Shown: piece after piece, positions 42,306-57,009 of the stretch
How the letters are laid out: every line of letters starts with the position of its first letter
Numbering within the stretch: position 1 is the first letter of the stretch
DNA from: Eledone cirrhosa
Lineage: Eukaryota
Reading direction: 5' to 3'
Assembly: GCA_964016885.1 (NCBI GenBank)
Contig: OZ024740.1
Location: 71,734,001 to 71,798,000, forward strand
Length of the DNA stretch: 64,000 nucleotides
The notes under the pieces: model-generated
What the model saw: the letters and a program-made list of their open reading frames with translations, nothing else
The model's database searches: none
Told to the model about the DNA's origin: nothing
Translations under genes and position numbers: made by a program

Positions 42306-43009
42306 AAAATAAAGTACCAGTAATGCACTGGGTAATTGCTGGCCTTGTGCCAAAAGTAGAAACAATTATTTTTTTTTTTTTTTCCTATTCAGAGTTGCTG
42401 AAGCATGGAACAAACTACCTGCATCAGTTGTTAGCTGTTGAGACACTGCATCCTTTAAAACCTCCATGCTTCCTGAGATTTGCCAACACTACACCTAATA
42501 TTCCCCCTCCATACACATGCACATGTATCATACACTATTCACTTCCCTGACATTTGTATATTATTCTATGTACTATACATGCATCTTTGATGAGTTGTAG
42601 TGCACCTGAGTACTGTACACAATCATTTCATTATTATTATTATGTTCTGTTTCTCTGCTCAAATCGAGCCAAAATCAACTTTGCCTTTCATCCTTTTAAC
42701 ATTGATAAAAAAATCAAGTCTCACAACCTAGTACTGGAGTTGATTCTTCCTCTATATCCTTCTCTGGAAGAAATCTGCTGTGTTCAGACCTGGAGAGGAA
42801 AAGGTCTCCACCAGGTTTTAAAATGTCCAAGAAACACTATATGTTAATATGGCGTATCTATGACTCCATCAGGAGTTACTGGTCAATACATACACCAGAG
42901 AACCAATGGTAGTTACAGGCAGTTTGGTATCAAATAAGTTAAGCATTTGTAGATCATTGTTATTCATATAGTTGATAATCCTTTCTCCAAAATGCTTGAA
43001 ACTGGAAAT

Positions 43010-44045
43010 GTTTGGGATTTTGGTGTATAGTAGTGACCTGGGCGATGTGTGCAGAGGACCTGCGAAGATTGGAAAGAAATGAAACCTGCATACTCCGATG
43101 GATGTGTAATACATGAATAAACAGAGAGAAACTGGGCATAAGAGGGATCAGATGCAGTATGAGAAAGAGGAGATTGGGTTAGTATGGCCATGTGATGTGT
43201 ATGAAGGATGACAGCTGCATAAAAAGGTGTAGGGCGATCAAAGTTGATGGAAGCCATGGAGTAGGAAGACCTGCACAATTGCATCTCTCAAAGGCAATGA
43301 CACAGGATCGAGATCTTTGGTATTTTGCTGTAATACGGAAGACTTGCCTTCGCATGGGTTGAAGCATGCATTCTAGTATGCACCACTTAATCCCTTCCAT
43401 ACATTTCCCACGTCCTAACATTCCACCCTTCACACCACCCCGGTTCAGCCCCAGTCCACACTGTAAAGTGGTTGTTACAGTACCATGACAAAAAGCACCC
43501 AGCTCATACTGCAAATGTGGTTAGCATTAGTAAGGGCATCCAGCTGTAGAAACCAAGCCAGAAACAACTTGTCTAACCCATGCTAGCATGGAAAATAGAT
43601 ATTAAACAATGATGATAATGATTTCATAATACAGCTCTAGTAGTGAGACATGGGCGGTGAATGTGCAGGGTATGTAAAGGCTAGAGGGAAATGATGCAAG
43701 CATGCTTTGATGGACATGCAATGCTAATATGTATGAAAGACAAAGCATAGATGAGCTGTGAGAGAGGTTGGATATAAGAGGAATCCGATGTAGTGTGCAA
43801 GAGAGAAGATTGTGATGGTATGGTCATGTGATGCATATGGATGATGATTATTGGGTGATGAAGTGCCAAGAAATCCTAAGTAGAGGAAGGCCATGAAAGA
43901 CCCAGGCAAAGGTTGTGAGAGCTAATCACAAATCTCTGCATATCACAGCTGGGCTGATACTGAGATGAGTGGACAGATGCTGTGCTGGAAAGGACCCATC
44001 TAACCCATGAAAGTATGGAAAAACAGATGTAAATAGTGATGATAC
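43010..44045 (+). mobile_element. Two successive decayed RTE 3' fragments
   Basis: Repeats of the AEDLRRLERNE / YGHVM C-terminal region, each followed by a tail. Confidence 0.75.
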
Positions 44046-45541
44046 ATGCATATACCATGACTAGTTATATCTTTCATAATACATCCCATACATATACCAT
44101 GACAGAAGTTTTATATATTTGATGCTAGTTCAGTTTTATGACAAGATTCATTCTTCACCTGAATAAATCCACCCATTACACTTTAGCTCCATAACAAACT
44201 TCAGTCGTTTGCTCTATAATTTGCATCCACTCTCACAAACTCTATGGCTTTCTTTTCCTACTTTATCTTTAACCATGCTTTTTTCGTCTCTATTTTCATC
44301 TGTTAATTATCAAAATAATAGGCAGTAGATTGGCAAATTTGTAAGAGCCTTGGACAAATTCTTTGTAGTATTTCTTGCTCTTCTCATTCTAATTTCAAAT
44401 TCTGCTGAGGTCAATTTTGCATTTCATTCTTCTGGGGTCAATATAATCAACTTTATTCCACCCACCAAATTGTTGGCCTTGTGCCTAAATTAGAAACCAT
44501 TATTTATTAATAGATTGCGAGGAATGACCTAAAAAAGTAAACCTTATAAAAGACCAAGTAGACTGGTGATATGCCATGATACAAAAGATCACCACTACCA
44601 GCACTGCAATACTAAAAGTGAATGTGGTGAAAGAACTCATCAATCTGGTAAAGCATGTAACAACCTCTAAAATACACTCTGTAAAGTGGTAGTGCTGGTG
44701 CCACAGTAAAACATACCCAGTACACTATTAAGTGGTAATGCCACAATAAGATGTACTCAGTACACTTTGTAAAGTGCTTGTTTTGGTACCACAATAAAAT
44801 GCACTCAGTACACTTTGTAAAGTGCATGTTTTGGTACCAGAATAAAATGCACCCAGTACACCCTGTAAAATGTTAGTGCTGTGACAAAATGCACCCTGTA
44901 CACTCTGTAAAGTGTTAGTGCTGGTTCCACAATAAAATGCATCCAGTGCATTTTGTAAGGCAGGTGGTTTTATGAAATACATCCAGCTGTAGAAACCATG
45001 CCAAATATGTAATGTATGAAAGAACTGAGATTGATTTAATGACTCGCCTGATCTTGTACTTTCACAACCCATCCAAACCATGCCAGCATGGAAATTGGAC
45101 ATAAACACTGATGATGATGATGATGATGAAAATAGGTATGAAACTGAAAATATTACCCGAATAAAGGAGTGTTTTCTCAAATATATATAATGGTAACTTT
45201 TGAAAAGAAACAAAGGAAAATAACAAACAGGTGAAGATTATTATTTTTTTATGTGGAAAATGATACATGTTTATTTGCATATTTGGTGAAGCCTTTTCAA
45301 GCTAAGAGATAGAAACGAGACCAGTTGATTTGTTGTGTATAATTGTATATAAAAATGTTGCACCATGGGTTTTTTATATACAACCTGCAAAAGCTGCATC
45401 AGGACACCAATATACAATCTGCAACAGCTGCATTGACACCAATATGCAATCTGCATCATGACTAATATATAATCTGCAATAGCTGCATCATGGCACCAAT
45501 AAAATATAGCTTTACTTAGTCTCTATTATCGCAACATAAAT

Positions 45542-46011
45542 TTAACCCTTTTGTTACCACATTTCTAATGAAATACACAGTCCATGTATTTCAATTAATT
45601 TTGAAAATAATGAAGAATTTGGAAGAATTTAGTAAAATAGCTTAACTTCATTATGAAGGAACTTAACTTTAAAATTTCTTACATAAACCTATGGAATGTT
45701 TTAATTTATAACGAGCAGTTTTGTATTGTATATAAAACCAGGGACAGTTTTAAACAGGTTGGTATCAAAACATCAACCCTTTTCTGACCATATTGCTAAT
45801 GAAATATAATGTATTTTAATTAATTAATGAAGAATTTTGAGGTATTTACAAAAATTATTAATTATTTCATTACTGAGATGGTATTCTTAACATAACTTAA
45901 CAAAAGTTTCTTATATAAAATTATGTTGGAACATTTTTATTCTAATAGGAGCCCTTTAAAATGGTTGGTTTTATTTCATAACCAGAGGCAGGCTGGTATC
46001 AAAAGGGTTAA
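45542..46011. mobile_element. Two adjacent copies of an approximately 230-bp TTAA-CCCTTT MITE family (piggyBac-like termini); more copies near 7700-8190, 9000-9217, 15570-15750, 23930-24133, 35730-36277, 40810-41350, 50279
   Basis: Ends TTAACCCTTTTGTTACCA ... GGTATCAAAAGGGTTAA; the internal sequence recurs across the window. Confidence 0.65.
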
Positions 46012-46159
46012 GATATATTGTCAACAATTTCAAGTAGTTGGTATAATTTATTTCACAGTAAGAATTTTAAATTGTATCTTTTATAAATCAATATTTTAAC
46101 CATTGGTAATGTTTCTGCTGAATTTTATATTTAAATGGTGTTTATTTTCAATATAATAC

Positions 46160-46279
46160 TCAACTCTGAGATGTCTGTTGTAAACAACGTGTAGCATCTC
46201 GCAGTTTGTTCACTAATGACTGCAACTGTTCAATTTTACAAAAGAAATTTATGGATTTTGGATTTGGATTTCCAGGAAT
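46160..46279 (-). CDS. COMMD3: COMMD3 last coding exon
   Basis: Long pyrimidine tract, EQLQSLVNKLRDA, TGA at 46162-46160, AATAAA at 46146-46141. Confidence 0.9.
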   Translation of the reverse strand: MPGNPNPKSINFFCKIEQLQSLVNKLRDATRCLQQTSQS

Positions 46280-49200
46280 CTTTCAAAGAAAAAGAAAAGA
46301 AAAATATGTGGTTAGGATTGTTTGGGAAAAGCTGATACAATGTAAGTTAGAAATACTGGAGTGAAAACTAGAATAAAAAAAACAACAGCAATTTAGGTTT
46401 TTACCTTATATTTCATGTTATTTCAAAGTTAGGACACCTTTTTCAAAAGAAAGAAAATAGAGTGCGATGGTGATGAAGAGCAGAGCTCTTCTGCCTCACT
46501 CCATGTACAATCCCATTAAGTACCACCTTGAAAAGTGTCATTTACCATAACCTTAAAGTTACCCAAGCCATGTAAGGGAAATTGGGTAGATAGAAAATTA
46601 TTTGCAAGCTTGGTGGATGGACTGTGTATGTATAGACCCGTAACTCTTTGTAGCAGCACTGTAAAGACACAGCATTTCGTTTAAATATGACAGAGTCTAT
46701 CTCCTATCCAGATCTGGCCAATTTCTTCCGGAGTAAGGAAAGAGTGTGATAAATTTTTATCGATGACAGAAGGATGAAAGGCAAAGTTGACCGTGGCAGG
46801 ATTTGAAAGAGAGCAGAAAACCAGAACGAATACTGCAAAACATTCTATCCAACATTCTAACAACTTTGCCAATTTCAGATGTATCATTCTTAAATACCTG
46901 AGAATTACAGTAAGGGTACATATGTCTGTTAAATGCTCAGTCACTTCTACATTAAAGTGATCGAGGCCCATTCCATATGAAAAACATACTCGCCTTTTGA
47001 TACCAAACTGTCTGAAACTGCCCCTGGTTTTACAATACAAAACTGTTTTAGAGTCATCATCATCATCATATTAATTCGCTATTCCATGCTAGCATGTGTT
47101 GGATGGTTTTTTTCAGCACAGCATTTCTCCACTGATTGCGTTCCTTCACCATCTCCTCTGTGAGCTTCAGCAATTAGAGATCAGTTTTCACCACCTCTGC
47201 CCAGGTATTCCTTGGTCTTCCACTACTGTGGCTTCTCTCCACTGGGATGTCTTGGCACTTCTTAACCCAGTGATAATCATCCATGCATATCACATGTCCA
47301 CACTAGTCTTGCACACTACATCTGATTGCTATTATACCTAGTTTGTTCCAGCACATCCATGCTTTGGCATTCACACACAATCATGTTTGCTTCATTTCTC
47401 TCCAGACATTGCATACCCTCTGTGTTTACTGTCTACATTTCACTGCCATGTGGCATCACACTTTGCACACAGGTGTCATGCATCTGACCTTTTATTCATA
47501 GGGAGAGACCTTTTATTGTCAACAAAAGTGGTAGCTCTCTAAACTTCGTCCATCCTATCCTTATTCTTGCTACCATGCTCTCAGGGCACCCTCCACCACT
47601 GCTAATTATATCAGTTAAGTAGCAGAAGCTATTAACCACTTCTGTGGACCCTATCTTGGATTGGGAAAAGTTTATATCACTGGCATTCTTACAATCAATA
47701 GTCCCTGAACATCTTCATACAAAATCTTCCTTTCCTGTTAATTTGCTGGCTATCTCTTTACACCTCTTGTGTACCCACTATTTGCATTGTGTTCATTGTA
47801 TAGAGTTTATGCCAACCTTACAGAAATGATGAAGGGGAACTGTGCTGGAGAAGATCCATCCACCTCACACAAACATGGAAAAGCAGATATAAATCAGGTC
47901 ATTATATTTATGATGATAATGATTTCTATAGTGAAAGATGAAATTATTAGCACTTACCTCTGCAAATACAGTCAAAAGATATACACGTTCATTAAGACTT
48001 TGAATTTGATTATTCTGTAAAGGCAAGAGAGAGAATTAATTGGCTTTGCCCCAGTATGGCCACAGCCCAATGGACTGGAACCAATAGAAAAGTAACTGAA
48101 GAATGGCCCTTAGACTAAGCTCACCTAAACTAATGTATACTTTTGGAGTAATGTTTAACATATCTATACTACCTTTTTCTTTTTTTCCCCACTCTCAAGT
48201 AATTACCATCATCATTTAATGTATGTTTTCCCTACAAGCAAGATATAACAGGTATCACAAACTAAATCAATACTTAATTGATCTCTCAGGCTGACACATC
48301 TCACTTACATAGATTCCAACACTCTGCATAGTGCAGTGTGCATTTTATCATGGCACCAACACTAGAGAGGTTGTCACATCTTTGACACAACTAAAGAGAA
48401 TTCTACCCTTTATTTGGCAAGTTTTCTACATTTTTATTGAGTCACCCACACTAGAGAGGTCATGCCCTTGATATAACTGAAGAATCTTCTCAACCCTTTT
48501 TGGCATAGTTTATACAACTGGATGCCCTTCCTATCACCAACCCCTTTACAAAGTGTACTGGGTGTGTTTTATTGTAGAACCAACACTAAAGAGGTTGCTG
48601 GTTATTGACCCAACTGCAGAGTTCTCTTTAATCTCAGAGGAGGAAGGTAGTAGCAGGGGAGGTGATAGTATAATGGCATGAGAACATTTTTTTGTGGCAT
48701 CAGTACTACAACTTTAGAAGGTGCACTGGGTGCTTTTTGATGTGGTACCAGTACTAGAGATGTTGTCACATATTTATCCAGACTGAAACCTTATATTGTC
48801 TCCAATTGATTACCAGACACAGCAGCTTTTGATCTCTCATCATGTTACTCTCTGTTGCAATGCTTGTACTGGTGGATGGGTCTTTTGTATTATGGCATCA
48901 CGAGTCAGCTCTGTCCTGTGTCATATTCTTTATGAAGTTCAGTTTCTTGCTTTACAACTTCAGCCCATGTCTTCTTTCGTCCCTCTTTTCAACAGGTTCC
49001 GTCCACTTCAAGCATTTGGCATAACTCTCACTCTCCTTACATATCACATGATCATTCCAGCGTAATTGTCTCACTAAATTCATTTCCTCCTCTGTACATA
49101 GCTTGCCCTGCTCCCACAAGCCATTCTCGTATGCCTAGTTTCCATAGGGACCATCAGATGACAGATCATGGTTCTTTGTCAAAGGGCCTCTCTAGAGCAA

Positions 49201-52200
49201 TAAAAGCTAGATATAGTGGCTTACACTTACCTAGGAATTTCTCTTGTTGCTGTCTCACTAAGAAGAGAGCTTCTGTAGTACTTCTTTCTGGTATAAAACT
49301 TAACAGCATCTCATTTAATTTGATTCTTTCCCTAATTAGTTGTGATTGAACTCTTTCCATCACTTTCATAACTTGGTTCATTAGTTTTATGCTTCTGTAG
49401 TTGCTCCTTTCTAGCACATCACCTTTTTTCCCCTTGTAGCAATAATTGAGTTTAATACTACGCCAGTCATTGGGTGTGACCCTGTACTGTATTACCTGAC
49501 TGACTACATGGGTGACTAGTTCCACTCCTATTCCCCCAGATTTCAGCATCTCTATCACTATCTATAATAGTCCAGCAGCTTTACATCTCCTCCATTGCTT
49601 CTTTGACTCTATAACTGTCAATAACAATAACAAGAGTTTTAAGGCCATTTTCCTAGCTAAAGTAGGGGTTAACCTTACAGGCCCCATGACAGCTTTCATA
49701 CTCAACATGGGGTCCTTTTTGAGGCAATGTTTTACCAGCACCAACGCTTTTAGTCACCTCTTATGAAGAGGGAAAATGATGTACTTGTTCTAAAACCGAT
49801 ACACTCAGTATCATAAAATACATAAGCGAGCATTTTAAGGCCATTTTCCCAGCTAAAGCAGATCTAATACTTGTTCATTGAGTACCCTTTTAGTTGTCTC
49901 TTACAAAATGCAAGGATATGATGTACCTATTCTAAGCTAGATACACACAGCACTAAAGCAAACACATACACCACCGCCATCATTGTTTTTACATTGACTT
50001 TTCTATGCTGGCATGGATTGGACTTTCTGAGGCAGTTTTACAACTGGATGCCCTTCCTGATATCAACCCTTTTACAACACACAAGAGATATTGTGTATTT
50101 CTTCTAAACTAGACACACGAATAAAAAAAGGGAAGAAAGATGATAGTGATATAAATCACCTACCTTAAAATTATAATCTAGTCTCCATTCAATTTCAATG
50201 ATGTGTGGAAGATTTTTAGAGTTTCTAAAATATAAACAAAAGCTCAACATAAGAGTTAAGAAAGAATTATTCACAGTGTAACCCCTTTGATACCAATCTG
50301 CCCATCGCTGCATTTGAGTCTATGAAACAAAACCACCCAATTAAATGGATTATTATTTAAATTAAAACCTTCCAGCATAATTTTACATAAGAAACTTTTG
50401 TTAAGTTGACACAAATATTAGCTAATAATGGAATAATTAATAATTACAATAGATCTCTCCAAATTTTTCATTAATTAATTAAAACATAGGCGGTGGATTG
50501 GCAGTATCGGTAGAGGGTCGGACGCCATGCTTTCCAGCATAGTTACGTCCCTTTACGATCTGAGTTCAAATCCCGCCGAGGATGACTTTGCCTTTCATCC
50601 TTACGGGGTCGATAAAATAAAGTACCAGTAATGCACTGGGTGATTGCTGGCCTTGTGCCTAAAGTAGAAACAATTAATTAATTAAAACATTTTTTTTTTT
50701 AAATGGTGAGAAAACAGTTAAATTATGATCTAAAATGTTTCAATTCTTTTGTTTGTTTGGAGATGTTTGCGTATATGTGGGTATTGGTGACTTGACAAAA
50801 AGCACCCAGTCCACTCTGTAAGATGGTAGTGCTGGTGCCATGACAAAAAGCATCCAATTCACTCTCTCAAATGTTATTGGTGCCTTGATAAAATGCTCCC
50901 AGTACACACTATAAAGTGGTTAGCATTAAAGCATTAAGAAGGGTATCCAGCTGTAAAACACTAAAGTAAAAATGGAGCATGAGCAAGACATGGTTACCTG
51001 ACCAGTCAAGCCTCCAAACATGACAACATGGCTAACCCATGCAAGCATGGAATATAGATGTTAAATGATGATGTTGATATGGAGTCCCTCCGTCATTCGT
51101 AACGACGGAGGGACATCAGTTGATTCAATCAACGAAACTGCCTGTTAATGAAATTAACATTTAAGTAGCTGAGCATTCCACAGAAACATGCACCCTTAAT
51201 GTCATTCTCAGCGAGATTCAGCATGACACTGTGTAAGACAAGACTAGTCCTCTTGAATCACAGGTACAACTCATTTTTGCCAGCTGAGTGGACTGGAGCA
51301 ATGTGAAATAAAGTGTCTTACTCAAGGACACAACATGCCACCTGGTCTGAGAATCAAAATCACGACCTTATGATTGTGAGCTGAATACCCTAACCACTAA
51401 GCCTTCACTGAGAAAAAAAAAATACTGAAAGATTAGAATTACAACAGTTTACTTACTCAGCTAAGAAGGCTTGAAGGTATGGTTTATTTTCCTGAAAATT
51501 ATGAAATGAAGTAAAAAGAATCTCAAATTAAATATCTGAAGACAAGTCATATTTTACACTAAAAATAGAATTCAACTAAAAATTTGATATCAAACCACTT
51601 GAAACTGTCACTGGTTCTATGATACAAGACCACCCTAAACTGCCACTGGTTCTATGATACAATACCACCCTAAACTGCCACTGGTTCTATGATACAAGAT
51701 CACCCTAAACTGTCACTGGTTCTATGATACAAAACCACCCTAAACGGTTGCTGGTTCTATGATACAAGACCACCCAAAACTGTCACTGGTTCTATGATAC
51801 AAGACCACCCTAAACTGTCATTGGTTCTATGATACAAGACCACCCTAAAATGTCACTGGTTCTATGATACAAGACCACCCTAAACCGTTACTGGTTCTAT
51901 GATACAAGACCACCCTAAACTGTTACTGGTTCTATGATACAAGACCACCCTAAACTGTCATTGGTTCTATGATACAAGACCACCCTAAACTGTCACTGGT
52001 TCTATGATACAAGACCACCCTAAACTGTTGCTGGTTCTATGATTCAAGACCACCCTAAACCGTTACTGGTTCTATGATACAAGACCACCCTAAACTGTTA
52101 CTGGTTCTATGATACAAGACCACCCTAAACTGTTGCTGGTTCTATGATACAAAACCACCCTAAACTGTTGCTGGTTCTATGATACAAAACCACCCTAAAC

Positions 52201-54854
52201 TGTTGCTGGTTCTATGATACAAAACCACCCTAAACTGTTGCTGGTTCTATGATACAAGACCACCCTAAACTGTTGCTGGTTCTATGATACAAAACCACCC
52301 TAAACTGTTGCTGGTTCTATGATACAAGACCACCCTAAACTGTCATTGGTTCTATGATACAAGACCACCCTAAACTGTTGCTGGTTCTATGATACAAGAC
52401 CACCCTAAACTGTTGCTGGTTCTATGATACAAGACCACCCTAAACTGTTGCTGGTTCTATGATACAAGACCACCCTAAACTGTTGCTGGTTCTATGATAC
52501 AAGACCACCCTAAACTGTTGCTGGTTCTATGATACAAGACCACCCTAAACTGTTGCTGGTTCTATGATACAAGACCACCCTAAACTGTTGCTGGTTCTAT
52601 GATACAAGACCACCCTAAACTGTTGCTGGTTCTATGATACAAGACCACCCTAAACTGTTGCTGGTTCTATGATACAAAACCACCCTAAACTGTTGCTGGT
52701 TCTATGATACAAAACCACCCTAAACTGTTGCTGGTTCTATGATACAAAACCACCCTAAACTGTTGCTGGTTCTATGATACAAAACCACCCTAAACTGTTG
52801 CTGGTTCTATGATACAAGACCACCCTAAACTGTCATTGGTTCTATGATACAAAACCACCCTAAACTGTTGCTGGTTCTATGATACAAGACCACCCTAAAC
52901 TGTCATTGGTTCTATGATACAAGACCACCCTAAACTGTTGCTGGTTCTATGATACAAGACCACCCTAAACTGTTGCTGGTTCTATGATACAAAACCACCC
53001 TAAACTGTTGCTGGTTCTATGATACAAAACCACCCTAAACTGTTGCTGGTTCTATGATACAAGACCACCCTAAACTGTTGCTGGTTCTATGATACAAAAC
53101 CACCCTAAACTGTTGCTGGTTCTATGATACAAGACCACCCTAAACTGTCATTGGTTCTATGATACAAGACCACCCTAAACTGTTGCTGGTTCTATGATAC
53201 AAGACCACCCTAAACTGTTGCTGGTTCTATGATTCAAGACCACCCTAAACTGTTGCTGGTTCTATGATACAAGACCACCCTAAACTGTTGCTGGTTCTAT
53301 GATACAAGACCACCCTAAACTGTTGCTGGTTCTATGATACAAGACCACCCTAAACTGTTGCTGGTTCTATGATTCAAGACCACCCTAAACTGTTGCTGGT
53401 TCTATGATACAAGACCACCCTAAACTGTTGCTGGTTCTATGATACAAGACCACCCTAAACTGTTGCTGGTTCTATGATACAAGACCACCCTAAACTGTTG
53501 CTGGTTCTATGATACAAGACCACCCTAAACTGTTGCTGGTTCTATGATTCAAGACCACCCTAAACTGTTGCTGGTTCTATGATACAAGACCACCCTAAAC
53601 TGTTGCTGGTTCTATGATACAAGACCACCCTAAACTGTTGCTGGTTCTATGATTCAAGACCACCCTAAACTGCCAGTGGTTCTATGATATAAAACCACCC
53701 CAAAATACCAAATCGTGTATTATTAATTTATCTAAAAATGTTTCATCATAATTATATATATGAACCTTTGTGAAGTTATGTTACAAACAACAGCTTAACA
53801 CTTTAGCATTTAAACTTTCTATTCAAACTGGCTGTAACCAGACTCTCATACTGATGTTAAAGTATTGTTCTCAACATAAATAATATCAAAATCTCATAGA
53901 TTCGATATGTGAGGTACAGCTTTACCATGAAAATATAATAGTAAATGCTAAATGGTTAATGATCGTTTTTAATATTGGCACAAGGCCAGCAATTTGTGGG
54001 GAGGGGAGAAGTTAATTAAAACTACCCTAGAACTTGACTGGTTCTATATTTTAGTGGTAGTGTTTTCCATTAGCAATATGGTAAGGAAAGGGTTAAAGAC
54101 ATAGGCAGTGTTTTTCATTAGAAATATGGTAAGGAAACGGTTAATGGCATAGACAGTGTCTTTTATTGGAAATATAGTAATGAAAGGGTTAATGGCATAG
54201 ACAGTGTATGTCATTAGAAATATGGTAATGAAAGAGTTATTGACATAAGCAGTGTCTTTCAATAGAAATATGGTAATGGAAGGTCTAAAGACATAGTGTC
54301 CTTCATTGGAAATATGATAAGGAAAGGGTTAATGCCATAGGTGTATTTCATTGGAAATCTGGTAAAGGAAGGGTTAATAAAATGTTTTCCTTGGGTAAAA
54401 CGGTGATTTGTTTTTTGAGAGTATTTTTGGTTTTTGTACTTTTTATTTTTTTTAGTTATTGTACATTAAGTTGGATACATTTCCAACTGTTAACTCCTCA
54501 TCTTTGAAGTAAAAGAGGAAACATATGTGGTATATCTTTCATTCGAAAGGTCAAGTGTGGATTTTTTTTTAGAGATCAGAGTTTAAGGTAGCCTTGCTCA
54601 AATAGAAGTGAAGTGTGCAGGTAGATGTCCACACAACATCCATTGTTCTAGATATACCTGTGGCCTCGTCTAGCTGAGGATCATTCAAGATCTTGATATA
54701 CATGTAGCCCTGTCTAGCTGAAGGCCATTTAACATCATTTAAATTAGAAAAGTTGAAAAATAATCAAATTAAATAAGAAGCTGCACTCACTTGAAATAGA
54801 TCCAGAAATAATTTTATTCGGTTTTCACTGAAATCACACTTCTTCAACTCAGAT
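46160..54854 (-). CDS. COMMD3: COMM domain-containing protein 3, C-terminal five coding exons (5' exons outside the window)
   Basis: Spliced translation SELKKCDFSENRIKLFLDLFQ-ENKPYLQAFLAE-NSKNLPHIIEIEWRLDYNFK-NNQIQSLNERVYLLTVFAE-IPGNPNPKSINFFCKIEQLQSLVNKLRDATRCLQQTSQS* is collinear with remembered vertebrate COMMD3 (LPHITDVSWRLEY; FSCSMEQLQDLVGKLKDA); phases consistent, GT-AG. Confidence 0.9.
47055..47810 (-). mobile_element. Decayed RTE 3' fragment
   Basis: Minus-strand homology to the FCYL / ARIRIGWTKFREL region and the tail. Confidence 0.7.
47958..48014 (-). CDS. COMMD3: COMMD3 exon (NNQIQSLNERVYLLTVFAE)
   Basis: Pyrimidine tract plus tttacag, GTAAGT donor, 57 nt. Confidence 0.88.
48790..49620 (-). 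mobile_element. Decayed RTE RT-region fragment
   Basis: EMLKSGG...NYRSIKLMNQVMKVMERV...KPLYLAF. Confidence 0.8.
50164..50224 (-). CDS. COMMD3: COMMD3 exon (NSKNLPHIIEIEWRLDYNFK)
   Basis: COMM-domain WRLD motif, ttttag/GTAGGT. Confidence 0.92.
50488..50672 (+). mobile_element. tRNA-derived SINE with a Meta-like central domain, full copy with TSD
   Basis: A/B boxes, GACTTTGCCTTTCATCCTTACGGGGTCGATAAAATAAAGTACC; 18-bp TSD ATTAATTAATTAAAACAT at 50470-50487 and 50673-50690. Confidence 0.88.
51457..51491 (-). CDS. COMMD3: COMMD3 35-nt exon (ENKPYLQAFLA)
   Basis: ttttcag acceptor, GTAAGT donor, phase 0/2 bridges its neighbours. Confidence 0.85.
51592..53701. repeat. 35-bp minisatellite, about 60 copies
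   Basis: Unit TGTTGCTGGTTCTATGATACAAGACCACCCTAAAC. Confidence 0.97.
54058..54378. repeat. Tandem repeat (about 47 bp, about 7 copies) of a MITE terminus
   Basis: Repeated GTGTNTTTCATTAGAAATATGGTAANGAAAGGGTTAA. Confidence 0.8.
54791..54854 (-). CDS. COMMD3: COMMD3 exon (SELKKCDFSENRIKLFLDLFQ)
   Basis: tttcag acceptor, GTGAGT donor. Confidence 0.88.
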
Positions 54855-55134
54855 CTGAAATTATTGACCAACAGTGAAAATATTATCATCATTATCATCA
54901 TCATTAACATCACTATCATCATTTTTATATTAGCTTTTTCCATGCTGGCATGGATGGCACAAGATTTTTGAGATGCTATTCTATGTCTTGATGCCTTTTC
55001 TGATGCCAACCCTTGTGTATTTAAGTAAAATACTTATCTTTCCATCTCAAATTGTTGATCTTTGAAACATTGTTTATGCAGGATGTCAAACTTCATCATT
55101 GTCAAGCAAAACACTTGCATAGACAAACACACTT

Positions 55135-56001
<867 letters not shown>

Positions 56002-56104
56002 GTATCTCTTTTACTCTTTTACCTGTTCCAGCCATCCGGCTGAGGCCATGCTGGGGCAGCGCCCTTGTTGCTACACATTTTATCTCCAGCTTGTATTGGT
56101 TGAC

Positions 56105-56923
56105 CACTGGTGTAAAAGGGGAGGGAGTTTGTTGCTGCTGCCCTTAGGTTTCCCTCGTACCTTGCTGTGGGCTCATCCGGGATCCTGGATAGCAAGGTGT
56201 CGAGATGTTTCTTGAAGACATCCACCTCCACACCATGCAGATCTCTCAGATCCCTCGGCAGCTTGTTGAAGAGTTGAGGGCCCTTGAATTCCAGGCTATT
56301 GCAATATCTGCTCCTTATTCTAGATGTGGAAGACGGGACCTTTGGCACCACACAGTGACGTCCTGTTCGAAGGTTGGTCCAGCTCCCAATGCCAAAGTTT
56401 GGTGCTAGTCCCTCCAGGATTTTCCACATGTAGATCACTGCGTATCTTTCCCGTCCTCATTCCAAGGAGTAGAGGTTCAGTACTTTTAGCCTCTCCCAGT
56501 ACCTTATCTCCTTCCTCATGGCAATCCTCTTGGTGTAGCTTCGCTGGATTGCCTCAAGCTCCGTGGTTAGTTTGACACTATGGGGTGACCACAACTAGGA
56601 GCAATAATCCAGGCGGCTTAGGACAAATGTCCTCCATAGTGTCAACATGGTGTCTCAGTCTCTTGGCCGGAGAGTCCTCAAGATCCAGCCAGCGAGTCCT
56701 CAGCATATTGTCACCACTTTCATGATGTGTGAGGAAAAAGATGCATCATCGCTCATGTCTATACCCAGGCCTCGTATCAATTTTGACACAGGGATATCGG
56801 TCCCTCCTGGTCTTGTGTAGTTGTGTTGTACTATATTTGTGTTTGCAGGTTTGTTTGGAGGTTTGTATTGTAGGGCTTCGAATTTGCCAGCATTAAACTG
56901 CATGTTGTTTTCTTCTGCCCATT
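56105..56923 (-). mobile_element. CR1-group LINE 3' fragment
   Basis: WAEENNMQFNAGKF, SRLDYCS, GPQLFNKLP, FKKHLDTLLSRIPDEP, AATNSL; internal stops. Confidence 0.85.
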
Positions 56924-56925
56924 TG

Positions 56926-56985
<60 letters not shown>

Positions 56986-57009
56986 CACGTATATATATAC
57001 ATACACATA

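Noticed and set aside
45062-45301. Separate membrane-protein exon LEKASPNMQIN...
   Set aside because: The hydrophobic stretch reflects T-rich sequence, COMMD3 already has a stop upstream, and no partner exons were found.
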